The notes under the pieces: generated by a model
Told to the model about the DNA's origin: nothing
Database searches by the model: none
The model's input: the letters and a program-made list of their open reading frames with translations, nothing else
Position numbers and translations under genes: made by a program
Source of the DNA: Pavona decussata
Lineage: Eukaryota
DNA: 64,000 nt
Assembly (NCBI GenBank): GCA_977016875.1
Contig: CDRNST010000382.1
Coordinates: forward strand, 1,798,001 to 1,862,000
Reading direction: 5' to 3'
Shown: positions 1 through 12,830 of the stretch, piece after piece
Layout: each line of letters starts with the position of its first letter
Position numbering within the stretch: the stretch's first letter is position 1

Positions 1-133
1 AAGAAGATACAAGGTGTTTTATCATAATATAAGCTACGAGTTCACCTTTTGCTTGATTTTGTTATTTTAAAGCTATAAACATGAGAGAAATGTTACTTCA
101 GTTTAAATTAATTTAAGATAGGAAAAAGCTCAC

Positions 134-511
134 CTGAAAACTTCCTCGTAGATAACAATGTTGTTTTTCAGGGCCATTACCGACGTAGCAGTGATAAACG
201 AACTATTACCATCAACAGCAATAACTTCTGTCACACCATAGCGAATCAGTTTCTCGTTTTGGTCAAAATGAAGTTTATGGCCAAAGTATTCGGCATAATA
301 AGGTATTGGATTCAAATGACGGTTAGTTGAAGTTTGCCGTTCTTGATGGTACTGTGGATTGACACGTTTAAGTGCTTGTCCAACTCTGTTTACTCCTATT
401 TTCAGGCCTCTTGAATGCCTGATGTGCCCCGTCATCATTTTTCTTCCATAAGAAGGTCCAACCTAACATAGAGGTAGAAAGTAGAGACCCCATAAAACGA
501 CGCCTGATTGC

Positions 512-564
<53 letters not shown>

Positions 565-1181
565 ATAGTAGTAGTAGTAGTGTACCAGAACCATTTCCAG
601 TAGCAGTAGAAGTGGCAGTATTATGTTCATGCGAAACTTAAAGAAGCCATTGCCCACTTTCGACATTTCGTGAATTTGATTAGCTCTTATTCTAAATACG
701 TCCGAAATGAAGTTGCCTGAACCTAATTTATCATCGTTTTCTCCATACACAGTGTCTTTTACCACTGATGCATTTTACTACAGATCAAAATGGCTGCAAA
801 TTCGCATGAAAGAGCCAATACTCTTTGAAAAGATTAACAAGTTTTTCCTAACATGGAAAGAAAACTGAACCGATTATTCTCCACTGTTGAATTCACTACG
901 GGAAATGGGTTAGAACGAAATTTAGGGAAAATTGAAATAAGCTTACTAACCTCAGCAACCGCCGACAAGACTACCGCGTCCAAATCTTCTCTCGATAAGT
1001 TACGATTACGAGAATGAATATTATTTCTCGCACAAAATCTTCGAACCGTTCTTTCAGACAACCCTACAACTTCTGGATAAACTTGCTTTAAAATTATACT
1101 TATTTCATTGTGGGTTTTCTTTTCGACTTCCACCAGTTGTCTTACATACTCAACTGCATTCATGCTTTCTAACGCGGCCAT
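134..1181 (-). CDS. IS3EU-like integrase-core (DDE) transposase, exon 1 (1181-951) and exon 2 (462-134); continues off the left edge
   Basis: Exon 1 is HTH-like (LSERTVRRFC). Donor GTTAGT at 950 and acceptor tatgttAG at 463 join in frame to give AE-VGPSYGRKMMTG...YFGHKLHFDQNEKL..YGVTEVIAVDG, typical of eukaryotic IS3-like integrase-core proteins. Next donor GTGAG at 133. Confidence 0.75.
513..582. repeat. (TAG)n microsatellite in intron 1 of the integrase gene
   Basis: About 23 AGT/TAG units; they produce the spurious poly-Tyr ORF 463..765. Confidence 0.95.
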
Positions 1182-1459
1182 CTTGATTCAAAAGACCTGC
1201 CAATTTACTGTACATACTCGGAGTTTGGAACTGCTGACCAAACAGACCTCGAAGCAGCCAGGACACTGGCTAGTCTTGAGTCTAAGCACCCCCTCCCCCA
1301 ACTCCTTAGTACCCCCCCTTCTTTCTTCCCTCTTTCCCTGTCCCCATATTCGTTAATGTCTGTTAACGCCTTAGCACCCCCCAACTCCTTAGTACCCCCT
1401 TCCTGTTTCCCTCTTTCCTTGTCCCCATACTCATTGATGTCTTGTTTCTTTTCGTCAAC

Positions 1460-1946
1460 AACAAAAAAGGAAAAACGGAAGTTAATGTGCGTTTTTCGTT
1501 TTTCACTCCCTCTTACATATAAAACGACAAAAGGAAAAACGGAAGTTGACTTCCTTTTTTTCGTTTTCGTTTACATACAAAACGAAAAAAGGAAAAACGG
1601 AAGTTGACTTCCGTTTTTCGATTTTCGTTTTCGTTAACACACAAAACGACAAAAGGAAAAAAGGAAGTTGACTTCCGTTTTTTCGTTTTTCGCTTTTTGT
1701 TTACATAAAAACGACAAAAGGAAAAACAGAAGTTGACTTCCGTTTTTCGATTTCGTTTACATACAAAACGACAAAAGGAAAAACGGAAGCTGACTTCCGT
1801 TTTTTCGTTTTTCATTTTCGTTTACACATAAAACGACAAAACGAAAAATGGAAGTTGACTTCCGTTTTTTGTTTTTCGTTTTTTGTTTACATAAAAAAGA
1901 CAAATGGAAAAACGGAAGTTGACTTCCGTTATTTCGTTTTTCGTTT
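1460..1946. repeat. Tandem array of about 8 units of about 62 bp, each with an internal palindrome; probable subterminal repeats of the IS3EU-like element
   Basis: Recurring AAAACGACAAAAGGAAAAACGGAAGT-TG-ACTTCCGTTTTT(CGTTTT)n TACA unit just upstream of the minus-strand transposase. Confidence 0.85.
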
Positions 1947-2360
1947 AATGACTCCTTCATTTGCCAAAGGAGAAATTGTCTTTTGATTTTCTAGTAAATT
2001 TAGGACATTTGGGCGTTTTCCATGGACTCAAACAGTTGTTTACAGTGCAAAATTATGAAAATGTAGAAAAGGATATGTTGCAAGCCAAAACAGTTTGATC
2101 GTTTGAGATACTTAGGAAAGGAAAACAAAATAAGGTATCGATTTTACTGTTTTCTGTTCTTTATCTAGGAAAAGTAAACCAAAAATATTGAATGGCCGAA
2201 ACGTGCACGGACCGTCCTGACTGGGTGAAATCAGCTTGTGAGATTTGCGGATGCCAGTTCAATTATCTGACAAGGTGGTCAAGCACAAAAAGTGTTTTAG
2301 TAAACCGTCCAAATCTTTCGTTGGGGCAACTCTAGTGCAAAAAGACAACAATAAACTTAA

Positions 2361-2631
2361 AGGACCCTAGTCAGCCTCCGATATTTTCACGGGGGGTGAC
2401 AACTCTACAAACGCTGTTTCGGGAGACAGCCAAAATTGTTCCGGGAATCTGGAGATTTTCCATTGATATTGCATGGTGAAGCAAAATCTTATTGCTTTGT
2501 GTTCCTGAAAGTATGTGTCATTATCCTTAGTAGTTTCACAGTGATTTCGTTCATTTCGATATGCTCTGAATAAAATATAATAGCCAAACTCTCGCATATA
2601 AACATATATAGGCGTGGCTGGCTAGGGCCCT
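2361..2631. mobile_element. Kolobok-type MITE (271 bp)
   Basis: TTAA|AGGACCCTAGTCAGCC ... GGCTGGCTAGGGCCCT|TTAA: imperfect TIRs, AGG termini, TTAA TSD. Confidence 0.8.
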
Positions 2632-3151
2632 TTAATGCATACCTCGTGAAATTTCTCAGGACTAACACGTTTCGGGACAACACTAGCAGTGTTCGAATAA
2701 GTGATGTTTACTCCGAAGTTGAGCTGATCTTAGCGCGCGCGTGATTCTTTCTTCGGCTACATTTCTGTGTAGACCATTATAGAGTTGCCACAAGTCGTCT
2801 TCTTATGCACCGAAAGAGTGACCAACAAGGCGACGGAGTCGTGAGCCGAGCGCCTGACTGGACTCCCACGAAAACGGACTTTGAGAAAGTCTAACCTATC
2901 CCATGTCGGCCGGTACAGAGCCAGTGCTAACCAATGACGAGATCCGCATGGGCTCTCTTAACATACTGCAATACTGACAAGGTGAGAAAAGCAGATCGTG
3001 GGATAGGCAAGTCGAAGTCCTTAGCTTTATTGCGACAACTTGAAACTGGTGTACTGAGTACACCTTAATTTTGTCATATACGCTGGCCTCCTCTGTAACT
3101 GATTTGCGAATGAATGGGGCAATGTAGTTTGGAAACAGTGCAATCCAAACG

Positions 3152-3229
3152 TAGCCTGGACCCACGCAGTCGTCATTTTAGGGGACATCGTATTACCTGC
3201 TCCCCTAAAAGCGACTGCGTGGGAGTATA
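3152..3229. mobile_element. Short palindromic MITE, Academ-like
   Basis: Arms CCCACGCAGTCG..TTTTAGGGGA / TCCCCTAAAAGCGACTGCGTGGG; starts with TAG; flanks ATCCAAACG and ACCCAAACG (8/9 match, 9-bp TSD). Confidence 0.6.
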
Positions 3230-3984
3230 ACCCAAACGTGACTAGTATTTGTCTTTTTCGTCGCTGGTGTTTTGAACTTTGAACTAATCACTACATAAAT
3301 CAATAAGTGAGCTTAGCAATCTTTTACATAGGTATACGCCGTGACCGCAGGCCTATTGCGGAAGCTACCGAGGCGACACCAAAAACAGTATGAGAAACTG
3401 CAAGCATTGGATCGAGCCCGAGGGGATTAGGGGGGGGGGGGGGGGGCTCTACTCATAGTACACGGTATGTGTTAAACGATAGTAAGAGTTAAGATTTAGG
3501 TGTGAAAGGCTTGTCCTTTTGCACAGTTCAGATTCAGAACATAAAATAACTTTATTATATTACATCAGGAGCTACATTTAGGCCTATAGACGCACTGAAT
3601 TCATACTTGGCATCTACAGACGTCAGCCCTATTAGATCTCAGCTAAAACGCTCATTGGAAAATGCGAACGGACGAACTTTGATGGTGGTCAAGGGGTGGC
3701 TCCTGTCAGGTACATGCCAAGAAATAACACCAAATGAGACAAGCGCCCTGTCCCGCGCAATACATTCACCAGACACGCTGCGTCGCCAGCTCTCTAGTGA
3801 TAAACATTCTGATGTCGCAGCACACCGTTGATGTGCTAAACGAACTTAAAGAGGAGTTTGCATTGACTGTGAAGCAAGCAAAGGCAAACATCTTTACATC
3901 GTCATGAGAGGCCCACATACCGGCACTCTATCAACCAAGATGCTGCAAGGGTTGACGTCCTAGAGCGACCTGAAGAGTTATCAG

Positions 3985-4461
3985 CAGGGGCACCCAACGA
4001 CAGTTTTCTCTTAGATCCTTTGAAACGCTATTTAAATAAAAATAAATAAATAAATAAATAGGAACCACGGAGTGGCTCTTCTCTCCACTGTTTCCAGGTC
4101 GAATTGGAATTTGGTAATGTTGGTTTTTTAGGCTATCTGGAGTGCCTTTAAAGTTCTGTAGGTTCATTTTAGGCTGCGCTATAATATTTTTATCTGTTCG
4201 GTCATTCTAGGGAACTTCGGTCTTTTCGAAACTACTAGGGCATTTTTGTCCATTTCTCAAAAACGTTAGGTCTTATTTCCTTTCCGAAAATCTTAGCTGA
4301 CCTTTTTTCCCCAAAACGACATTTTTATCAATCCCAAAACAATAGGCCTTAAATTTTCCATATCACGAAAGTTCGAGGTGAAAATTCCCCTCAGAAAATT
4401 GTAGGGGATTAAGGGCCTTCCGAACAGATAATTTACCGAAACCATCCGTTGGGTGCCCCTG
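3985..4461. mobile_element. Non-autonomous DNA transposon, P-element-like
   Basis: Perfect 15-bp TIRs CAGGGGCACCCAACG / CGTTGGGTGCCCCTG; 7-bp TSD TTATCAG on both sides. Confidence 0.8.
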
Positions 4462-6320
4462 TTATCAGTTTTGGTTGTCCGAAAACCAAAGTGCGCGATT
4501 CAGTAAACATGGTATATTCCTTCGCATGTCAGCATAGCTCAGAGCCTATCTAGAATGATAAAAGAAGCAGAGACCGATACAACGTAGAATTACGGTTTAA
4601 AGGTTACCATATTAAGGCTGGCCAAACCAGCCTTCTTCAGGTATAATGAAAATTTACATTGGGACATACGCTTACATATCTGCAGACAAATATTTGCGCA
4701 ATAGCGGAACTACGTTAAACTAAATTGATTGACAGTATAAAATATGAAGCAAATGACAATAATAATAACAAAAAATAAAAAACGAAGAAATGTACTAGTT
4801 TTTTTTTTTCCTTTTATTATTTTTTTTATTTTTTTTTAGGATGCGCATGTCAGCAGTGAGGAGTGATTTTTTTCTGGCTGATAACATTGTTTTGTCCCAT
4901 CCTCAAGAGAACAGTCAGGGATGAGACCGTAGTGACTTTTGCACGAAGGCGAAAACCAAGGCGTTAATAGTTAGTGGTTCTAACAAGAAAAGTGTTCCCC
5001 TAGGTTTCACCTCATTAAAATGCAGAGTATCATACTTTAGCAAGGCTTGCTTTGTGGCTCAGTCCTTTTGGTGTGTATAGATGATAAAAACATTCGACTA
5101 TAAATCATCGGTCCTGTCCACACTTTGGTAAAGATTTCATTGTTTTTAATTTGTTTTTTTTGTTTTTGTTTTCAGCATGTCAGGACACGTTTCCCATGTG
5201 TTTTTCACCCAACATAGTCAAACCTAACGTCACGTGAATTAAAAAAAGCGTGACATTTTATTACGTGACTTATGCCATAAACAGAGTTGAATTGATTCAC
5301 GAGCGCTTTCGCTTCAAGTAAATCCTGCGAACGGATCTCGAAGCGACAGCTCGAAACAAAAACATCGTTTCGAAATTCAAAGAAAATCCAACTCATCTCC
5401 ATTTTAAACGATCTTCAAGTCGAAAAGAAGTGGTCCGATGGTTAGTCATTTGAGTTTATTGTCGCTCCATCGCAATAAGCGATGATAATTTCTCTTCTTG
5501 ACTTCACACATCAAGATGGCTATATAATAATGAAAGGATACACACACAACCAAATATCTTATTTAGACAATGCCTTATTGCAGTTAGCAAAACATGACCT
5601 TTCACTGGTGGTTTAAAGGGGAATGCCGAGGTAAACTACATGAAATTTCAATAGTTTCTCTTCATACTGGTTGCAGTCATGTGCAGTTTGTTTACACGTT
5701 GATATTGCGATTTTCGTGCTTTTGAGACCGCTAATGCTCGGCGCTGGTATAAAGCCCGAAGCTATTTTTTAAACCTGGTTTTAGAGCGATACTTCCTCAA
5801 TCTATAATTCTAAATTTGAAGGGTTTTAGTATTTTACCGGATCGCGAAATTTTCTATTAAAAAAGTGCGCCAAATTCAGAACTTGGAGGGAGCGAATTTT
5901 TGAGATTTTTTTGTGGCTCCTCATGACCAGGAAAATTCATCCACTGAAGTATTTTTGGACTCAGATACTTAATAAACACTTCAAAAGTAAATTTTCAAGA
6001 AGAAAACTGGGTTTTCTTTGATGCAAATTGAACAGAACGAAGTTTACGAGAAGGTGTGAACCATGTTTATTTCGGGTGTTTTTCAAACCACGAGGGGCCG
6101 TCACTGTTTTTTCTATTTTTTCCGGTTTAAAAAATATATTTCAGGAAAAAAATCCCACCACGTTTTTGAAACTAGTATGGAGTATCTCTGGACGGAATAT
6201 GCAGGGTTTTGATTTTTTCATCATGTGCCACTTTTTTATGATTTCGCTCGGTCTTAGTAGACATTCCCTCTTAAGTCCTTTTTAATGAATAAAAAAAGGA
6301 AAAGGAGATAAGGTAGCAAA

Positions 6321-6461
6321 NNNNNNNNNNNNNNNNNNNNNNNNNNNNNNNNNNNNNNNNNNNNNNNNNNNNNNNNNNNNNNNNNNNNNNNNNNNNNNNN
6401 NNNNNNNNNNNNNNNNNNNNNNNNNNNNNNNNNNNNNNNNNNNNNNNNNNNNNNNNNNNNN
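6321..6461. other. Assembly gap
   Basis: Run of N. Confidence 1.
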
Positions 6462-6879
6462 CGGTGTCCTATTCAACAGGAGGTACAAGTTTTCATTCAG
6501 GGTTGATTATGACAAAGATGTGAGAGATGAGGACACTTTTGAATCATATTATTTACTATAATGCTATACCTGTATAAAAAACAGTGTAATGTGGAATATT
6601 GTTATGAGTGTAAATTTTTTGGTGGTTTAGAGTGTTTAAAGACATTTTTACCAGTTAATTTGTCCAATTTTCCATTACCATTACTTTGGATATATTCTTG
6701 TATGTATTTCTATTTTTGTTATACCTTGCCTGTGAAATACATTAACTGTCATGAGTGGAATTCCTGACTGTATTGTAGTATATTTTGTATGCATGTTAAT
6801 ATACTGATTTATACATGTTACATGTATGCTTATGGAAAAGTACACTTAAATCATATTTTAGTTTGGAGCCAAATGTAGC

Positions 6880-7132
6880 AATATTCAATTCGTCTAATTT
6901 TATATTCAGTTTTGTATTATATATATTCAACTATGTGTTTAATATTTAACCTGTATTCAACATCGAACATGCTTTTTAACATTCAACCCATTATTTAACA
7001 TTCAAATCTCCAATTAATGTTCAACTATTGATTTAATATCCAACGATTCACTCAACTATTCATTTAACATTCAATTCTTTGTTCAACATTCAACTATTCA
7101 TTTGACATTTAACTATTCATTCAATTCAACTT
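6880..7132. repeat. Degenerate ATTCAAC/TTAACATTCAA short-repeat tract
   Basis: More than 10 copies of ATTCAA(C/T) variants; may be transposon subterminal repeats. Confidence 0.6.
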
Positions 7133-7252
7133 TCTTGAGCCCTCACTATCTTTGGTCAGTGTTAACATCAGTCCTCATGCATGACATACCTATTGAAAGC
7201 CTTCTGGATAGTCAAGTGCTCACTCCTTCCCGCGTTTAAGTCATCGAATTAG

Positions 7253-8690
7253 AATGGAGGAAAATCTACGTTTATTATCAAGCTGCTTGAACCAGGCAAT
7301 CCAAGTAGTAAAGGAACTTGCTACAAATAGCGGTAGAAATGTTGTTGTTGGTACTTCTTTTGACACGGCTTTGACAAGCACAAATACAGCCATGACATCG
7401 GTGGGACAAGCTATCACTAGAGCTTGAGCAATGACGCACCAGTCTACTGCCAGAGGTTTGTACTCATGTTTATACAGTCGAGAACGTCTTTGAACCTCGT
7501 CGTCCACTTACACTGCCCCCGAAGAGAGCAAAAGTTGAAACAAAGAAGGTATTTGAAATAAATGTGATGGCATATTTCCAGCCTGGTAAATGAATGAGAA
7601 TGATGTATTATTCCAGAGAGTGACACAGGCATACTCGGAAAAAAGAAATCCGAGTGCTCCTACCAGGAGTCGAACCTAAGACCTTCCGATTACTAGTTCG
7701 GATGCTCTACCACTGAGCTACAGGAGACTCGTGGGAGCTAAGGCCATTAAACTAGGTTCATGGGACAAATATCCTGCATACTGCTAGGATTTAAATGTTG
7801 AATGTGTGGTAAATGAAATAAATGTGATGGTATATTTCCAGCCTGGTAAATGAATGACGCACCAGTCTACTGCCAGAGGTTTGTACTCATGTTTATACAG
7901 TCGAGAACGTCTTTGAACCTCGTCGTCCACTTACACTGCCCCCGAAGAGAGCAAAAGTTGAAACAAAGAAGGTATTTGAAATAAATGTGATGGTATATTT
8001 CCAGCCTGGTAAATGAATGAGAATGATGTATTATTCCAGAGAGTGACACAGGCATACTCGGAAAAAAGAAATCCGAGTGCTCCTACCAGGAGTCGAACCT
8101 TAGACCTTCCGATTACTAGTTCGGATGCTCTACCACTGAGCTACAGGAGACTCGTGGGAGCTAAGGCCATTAAACTAGGTTCATGGGACAAATATCCTGC
8201 ATACTGCTAGGATTTAAATGTTGAATGTGTGGTAAATGAAATAAATGTGATGGTATATTTCCAGCCTGGTAACTGAATGAGAATGATGTATTATTCCAGA
8301 AAGTGACACAGGCATACTCGGAAAAAAGAAACCAGAGTGCTCCTATCAGGAGTCGAACCTAAGACCTTCTGATTACTAGTTCAGATGCTCTACCACTGAG
8401 CTACAGGAGACTCATGGGAGCTAAAGAAGGTATTTGAATGTGTTGGTGAAGGTGGATGACGATAACGAAGAGGCTTACTCCAATAGCGTTCACTCGGATA
8501 GTTCGATGTTGAGGGTTGAAAGTACTGTATTAAGAGGCTTTATAACTCTTAGCACAGAAGGTAATGAACAGGCCTATTAGAAAGGTATTGTCTGATGCTA
8601 TTCAGATGAAGTATCCAACCGTGGCAAGTAAGGACCTAGTCTTTCTAGAGGCAAACCGGAGAAGACTAACACAACCAGTGAACTGTCACA
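7253..8690 (+). pseudogene. Decayed ORF of unknown, probably transposon-associated, protein interrupted by the SINE-like insertion
   Basis: MEENLRLLSSCLNQAIQVVKEL...AITRA*AM...SRERL*T... Two internal TGA stops; protein-like sequence resumes after the TSD at 8423-8438. Confidence 0.4.
7558..8422 (-). mobile_element. tRNA-derived SINE-like element with 260-bp monomer; tRNA-like heads at 7655-7727, 8078-8150 and 8338-8410
   Basis: Minus strand has A box TAGCTCAGTGG, B box GGTTCGACTCC and a cloverleaf with CTAGTAA (Thr-AGT-like) loop. 16-bp TSD AAAGAAGGTATTTGAA at 7542-7557 (copy at 7965-7980) and 8423-8438. Confidence 0.85.
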
Positions 8691-9152
8691 TTATGATACA
8701 GTTGAGTTGTATTGAGAGAGCTGATCGAGAGGGAAAGTGACAACATCTATGAGTTTAATAATTTTCTAGTGTGTGAACTCAGGTAATTTAGTAAGCAGCA
8801 CAAGATTTTGTACTAAACTTATAAAATTTTTGTGGGTTAATCTTCAGATTACTGAGTTAAAGGTACGAGGTAAATGTAACAGAAACATGACTGTTGACTT
8901 CCAGCAAGAAAAGATTGTGAGTCAGATGTGACATAAAAAGGATTGAATGTGAATGCAGAGCATCCTCAATAGCGCTGTGCACTATTACTGAAAATAGATT
9001 TTGTCACGGGAGATCAAAAGAGACCCCCCGCATAGACTCAGACAAACACTGGGATGTGATAGAGGAAAATGTATAAGAGAGTACTGCCATAGCAATACCA
9101 AAAAGCGAAAAACTTAGTGAAATCGCGCAGTTAGCGTCCAAGACGGACCGAA

Positions 9153-9825
9153 ATGGTAAGCACCCAACACTGCTGTTGGGGTGGATGCAAAACAGATGCA
9201 AGGTATCCTGACAAGTGGCGGAAATCCCTCTAAGAGGTTGAGCAATCAGGGAAGACTTATTCATTCCATTTCTGAAACCAACACAAGATATCGCGCAGTG
9301 CAAGCGTTGGCTAGCTGCTTGTTCACAGGATTTCTTTACGGAGAAAAACATAACCAGGAACACATATATTTGTGCTCTTCACTGGCCCAGAGAGAAAGGT
9401 CCAAAAGCCGAATTTCCTGATTCACTGAAAGCAAATCTAACACTAGCGCAAACAAGTCGAGCAAGGGCTCTAAAGAGAAAGCCACCGAAATCAAGAGTGG
9501 AGCCAGTGGCAAAGAAAGGGAAGTTTTTCGTCGAGAACTTTGACAAGCAGTTAAGAAAAGACGATTGCGATCTGCTAGAATTTGTAGAATCTTGTTCGGT
9601 AATCGATGAATCGGTGGTTTGTTTAATCCATAAACAATGTGATGATCATGATGATGTGACGATGACACTCGAACCACTCATTTATGAGGATCACACAGGA
9701 AAGCTGGTTTCTAATCAAGGCTCTCATACTGTATATTCCAAATACCAATTGTCTGCCAAGGTCGAGACCATGATTTTAAAGAATGAAGTATTCACCATGA
9801 AACTTCAGGCTCCCAAAATAGTAAG
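9153..9825 (+). pseudogene. THAP-domain N-terminus of a decayed ISL2EU/Harbinger-type transposase
   Basis: MVSTQHCCWGGCKTD...FIPF.KP...CKRWLAAC...NITRNTYICALHWP, a C2CH THAP pattern with stops and frameshifts. Confidence 0.7.
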
Positions 9826-9924
9826 TAAGTAGTCTGTCATAGGGGAACATCGTGCGAGATTCAGGTCTTATAAGTTTGGTTTGGTATGTCACAACTATGG
9901 CACACAACACTTTTGAAAGGGTAG

Positions 9925-10255
9925 GTGAATAGATGAAATTGTATGACATCAATTGGTCCAAATGCGTAGCATTTTCCAGTGGCAATGCATCAGTTATGAT
10001 GGGTAAAGACAACAGCATCTACACAAGAATAGCTGATTCAAATCAAGATATATATTCTGTTGGTTGCGTGTCATTTATCTTGTTCGTGTGCTAAGAAAGC
10101 AGCAAAATTAATTGTCAGTAAACCTGGAACAGTTAGTTATTGATCTCTACTATCATTTTGACAAAAGTTCTAAGCGAAAAGAAATTTTCAAAACCTATCA
10201 AGAATCCTGTGATGTCGAGACAAGAAAGATCTTAGAACACAGCAGCACACGATTG
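9925..10255 (+). pseudogene. hAT transposase fragment
   Basis: CVAFSSGNASVMMGK, IYSVGCV(C)HL, IDLYYHFDKSSKRKE and KILEHSSTR match hAT D-NA..M.G / CxxH / TRW motifs. Confidence 0.7.
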
Positions 10256-12439
10256 TGAAATTTTTAATTCAGAAAACAGGGCCTTACATCAGGCATATTT
10301 AGAGCGGAAATTACCTTGTACCCATGTTGTAGGGCCAGGTGGAGCATTTTTTGAAGAATCTGTGCTTGTGCAGCATTATAGGGCAAAACACTCTGCGGAT
10401 CACATTAAATGTTTAGTTGAAAGTAGCAAGCGGGCAAGTTAAGCAATAATTTAGAGTCAGGCATGGCAAAGAAACAAAGCAACAAGTACAACGGTTTGCC
10501 ACTTTTCGTCTGGCCTAGGTTTGTAGCTTCTAGAATTGTACGTACCGTTAAACTTGGAGTATTTAAGTCCTCATTTCCACATGTTTAAAATATTTGCTAT
10601 GCACGATTTGTCCCAAGTTTGTGTTTATATTTTTACAGTCTTTTTATATTCACTCAGGGCTATGAATGTTTTATGGTTTTCATACTTAAAATTGAAATTG
10701 TTTCTTGAGATCCAACGGAATGTGTCAAGTTAGCAGGAATAACGCTTTTGCACTTTGGACAACTGAGGGGTTATGGGGAAGGGAACCCGGAAGTCATCCA
10801 GGTTCAAACATGCATGGTCTATGCGTTCGCTTCAACCTATGGCACTCAAAAAGGATTGTCAACGAAAAGCCAAATTCCAGTTGTCATTACTGAGGCCATT
10901 TTCGTTAAAAGGGTTAGCAAGCTGTCTTGCTTTATAGTTTTAATTGTTTTATATTGCATTACAATACAACCCAGGCATATTTTATAGGCAACTATGATAA
11001 AAAAGTTAAAATCAGTAGCATTTCAAATTGATTAGAATTACCATCAAACAGACTATAAGTTCCCAGTAAAATCCAGTGGCTAAAATTGTGTGACATTAGC
11101 TGATTTGACTGTTACAAGTTACATGTTCACTAATATTTTCATTGCTTGCTATTGCATGGATGATTTTATTAATACAAATGAGGTCTGCTGCACTGAACTG
11201 ATGTGTGGTTTTTGAACTTTTAATATTTTATTGAATTGAATAAAGTTCCCGTCCCCTCTCCCCCTGCCTCTCCCATTGAAATAAAAATAAGTCACATTTC
11301 ACCTGTAATTGCAGTCGAGGTCTACTGTCACCGAAATGATATGTGGTTTTTGAACAAAATGTGTGTTTATTTAACTTTTGCTGTGGTGTTGTGGTTACTT
11401 TTATTTGTTATTATCATTTTTTTTTTGTTATTACGTTTAAGAATCATTGTCTGAGAAAACCAGGCAGAGGTGAAAGATGGGGGTGGGCCGATTTCCTTCA
11501 AACTTTCACCATTTCATGTCTGTCTGAAATGATAATGAATTATGCTATTTAGCAATTCTCTTGCTGATTTAGCAATTCTGTTGCTGTTGCGTTTCGTAGT
11601 TTGACCACCCCCCCACCCCCCCGTTTTGACCCTCACCAACCCTGATGTCATGCAAAATATATGCAGAATTTGAAGCTCAATAAAATATATTTCGCGACAT
11701 TTCTGGGGACTCATATCGATAACTTGTATTGTTTACCATCTAAAAACCTTTGTTAAAGGAAAATATCCCGACTTAACATAAAACTTAATTTTTTTATAGA
11801 ATTTTGCAATTTCCTTACGATTGCGAAAATGTCTTGGGCCAAATGTGAGGGAATTTCGAAACTGTTTTTCTCAGAGATGCTGCGTTCCTTTCCAAATATT
11901 TCATAATATTTTTTAAGCCAAACACCTGTTCTCCCAAAATCAGCAAACTCTAACTTGAGCCATTAAAATGCATTTGCATGAGCCACGCTCAAAGTGAAAG
12001 GTGACTCGGTATTTTTGCCATACAGTTCCACAGCGGGTTTGGATAAGCTCGATGAAACTATTTTAACTCTTCAAGGTAGAACTTCCCTGGAAGATTTAGT
12101 TAAGAAACGCTTTGGGCAGGAATAATATCAAATTGGTGTTAGCTCACACTTGATTTGATTAAGCGTGACAAGTCATGGTATTTGACAATTGTCAAACGTG
12201 ATCACAAACAGAAGACATTTCTCACTTTTTTTTTTTACATTTGCATTTTAAACTTGGTAACAACAAGCATTTCCCTCAAACTATATTAAGTCTTGGAGTC
12301 AGTCTGTTGTTGATAATTGTTAATTAAAACAAACACAGCATCAAATACCTGTGAAACTTGCCACGGCAAGAGAAGCTTGATTACCGAACCTTTGGTATGT
12401 TCCTTACATAACAGACAATTGAAAGAACAACAAATCTTT

Positions 12440-12830
12440 CTTCTGTATAAATGCGTTGGGTTCCGCCATGGATCTGAAGTGCTCTATGTGGTCTGTGCAT
12501 CCAGCTTGTGGCGCTGAAGGTGTTGGTTTGAAGATTTGTCCCTTGCTATCCTATACAGTCCTGTACATCCTCGTCAGTCTTGGTTGGGAAGAAAGCGTGG
12601 CGCGACGGGTTCAAAGATCTCCGAAACCGATTTGATTCTCAACAGAGCAGGAAAATTTGATGTCCCTGAAGAAGAGAAGAGAGGAATGACTGTTTGCCCC
12701 AGACATCGCAAGAACCTTACAACAGACTGGATCGGCCAAAAACAGACTATGCATTGCCACCCAAATAATAAGGGACAACGAAAGGGTAATACACAAACCC
12801 GATGGGTAAATAGCAAGATGTCACAAGGCA
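12440..12830 (+). pseudogene. Cys-rich fragment of a DNA-transposon-associated protein, family uncertain
   Basis: SETDLILNRAGKF...MTVCPRHR..LTTDW...CHP pattern, with no continuation. Confidence 0.35.

Noticed and set aside
463-765. Poly-tyrosine ORF
   Set aside because: Translation of an intronic (TAG)n microsatellite.
1460-1946. CRISPR array
   Set aside because: No unique spacers, no cas genes, eukaryotic context. The same applies to the 20-, 33- and 50-bp arrays.
4605-4645. Hammerhead ribozyme on the minus strand (CTGAAGA-AGGCTGG..CCAGCC)
   Set aside because: The required GAAA after stem II reads TTAA; at best a dead Penelope pLTR remnant.
5617-6320. Kolobok-like non-autonomous element starting TTAA|AGGGG
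   Set aside because: Other end not visible because of the N gap, so it cannot be delimited.
7655-8410. Three functional tRNA-Thr genes
   Set aside because: 8-nt anticodon loop, mismatched first acceptor pair, and embedded in a TSD-flanked repeat; better explained as SINE heads.
11630-12010. Sola-like MITE end (…AAAGTGAAAGGTGACTC)
   Set aside because: No partner TIR or TSD found.
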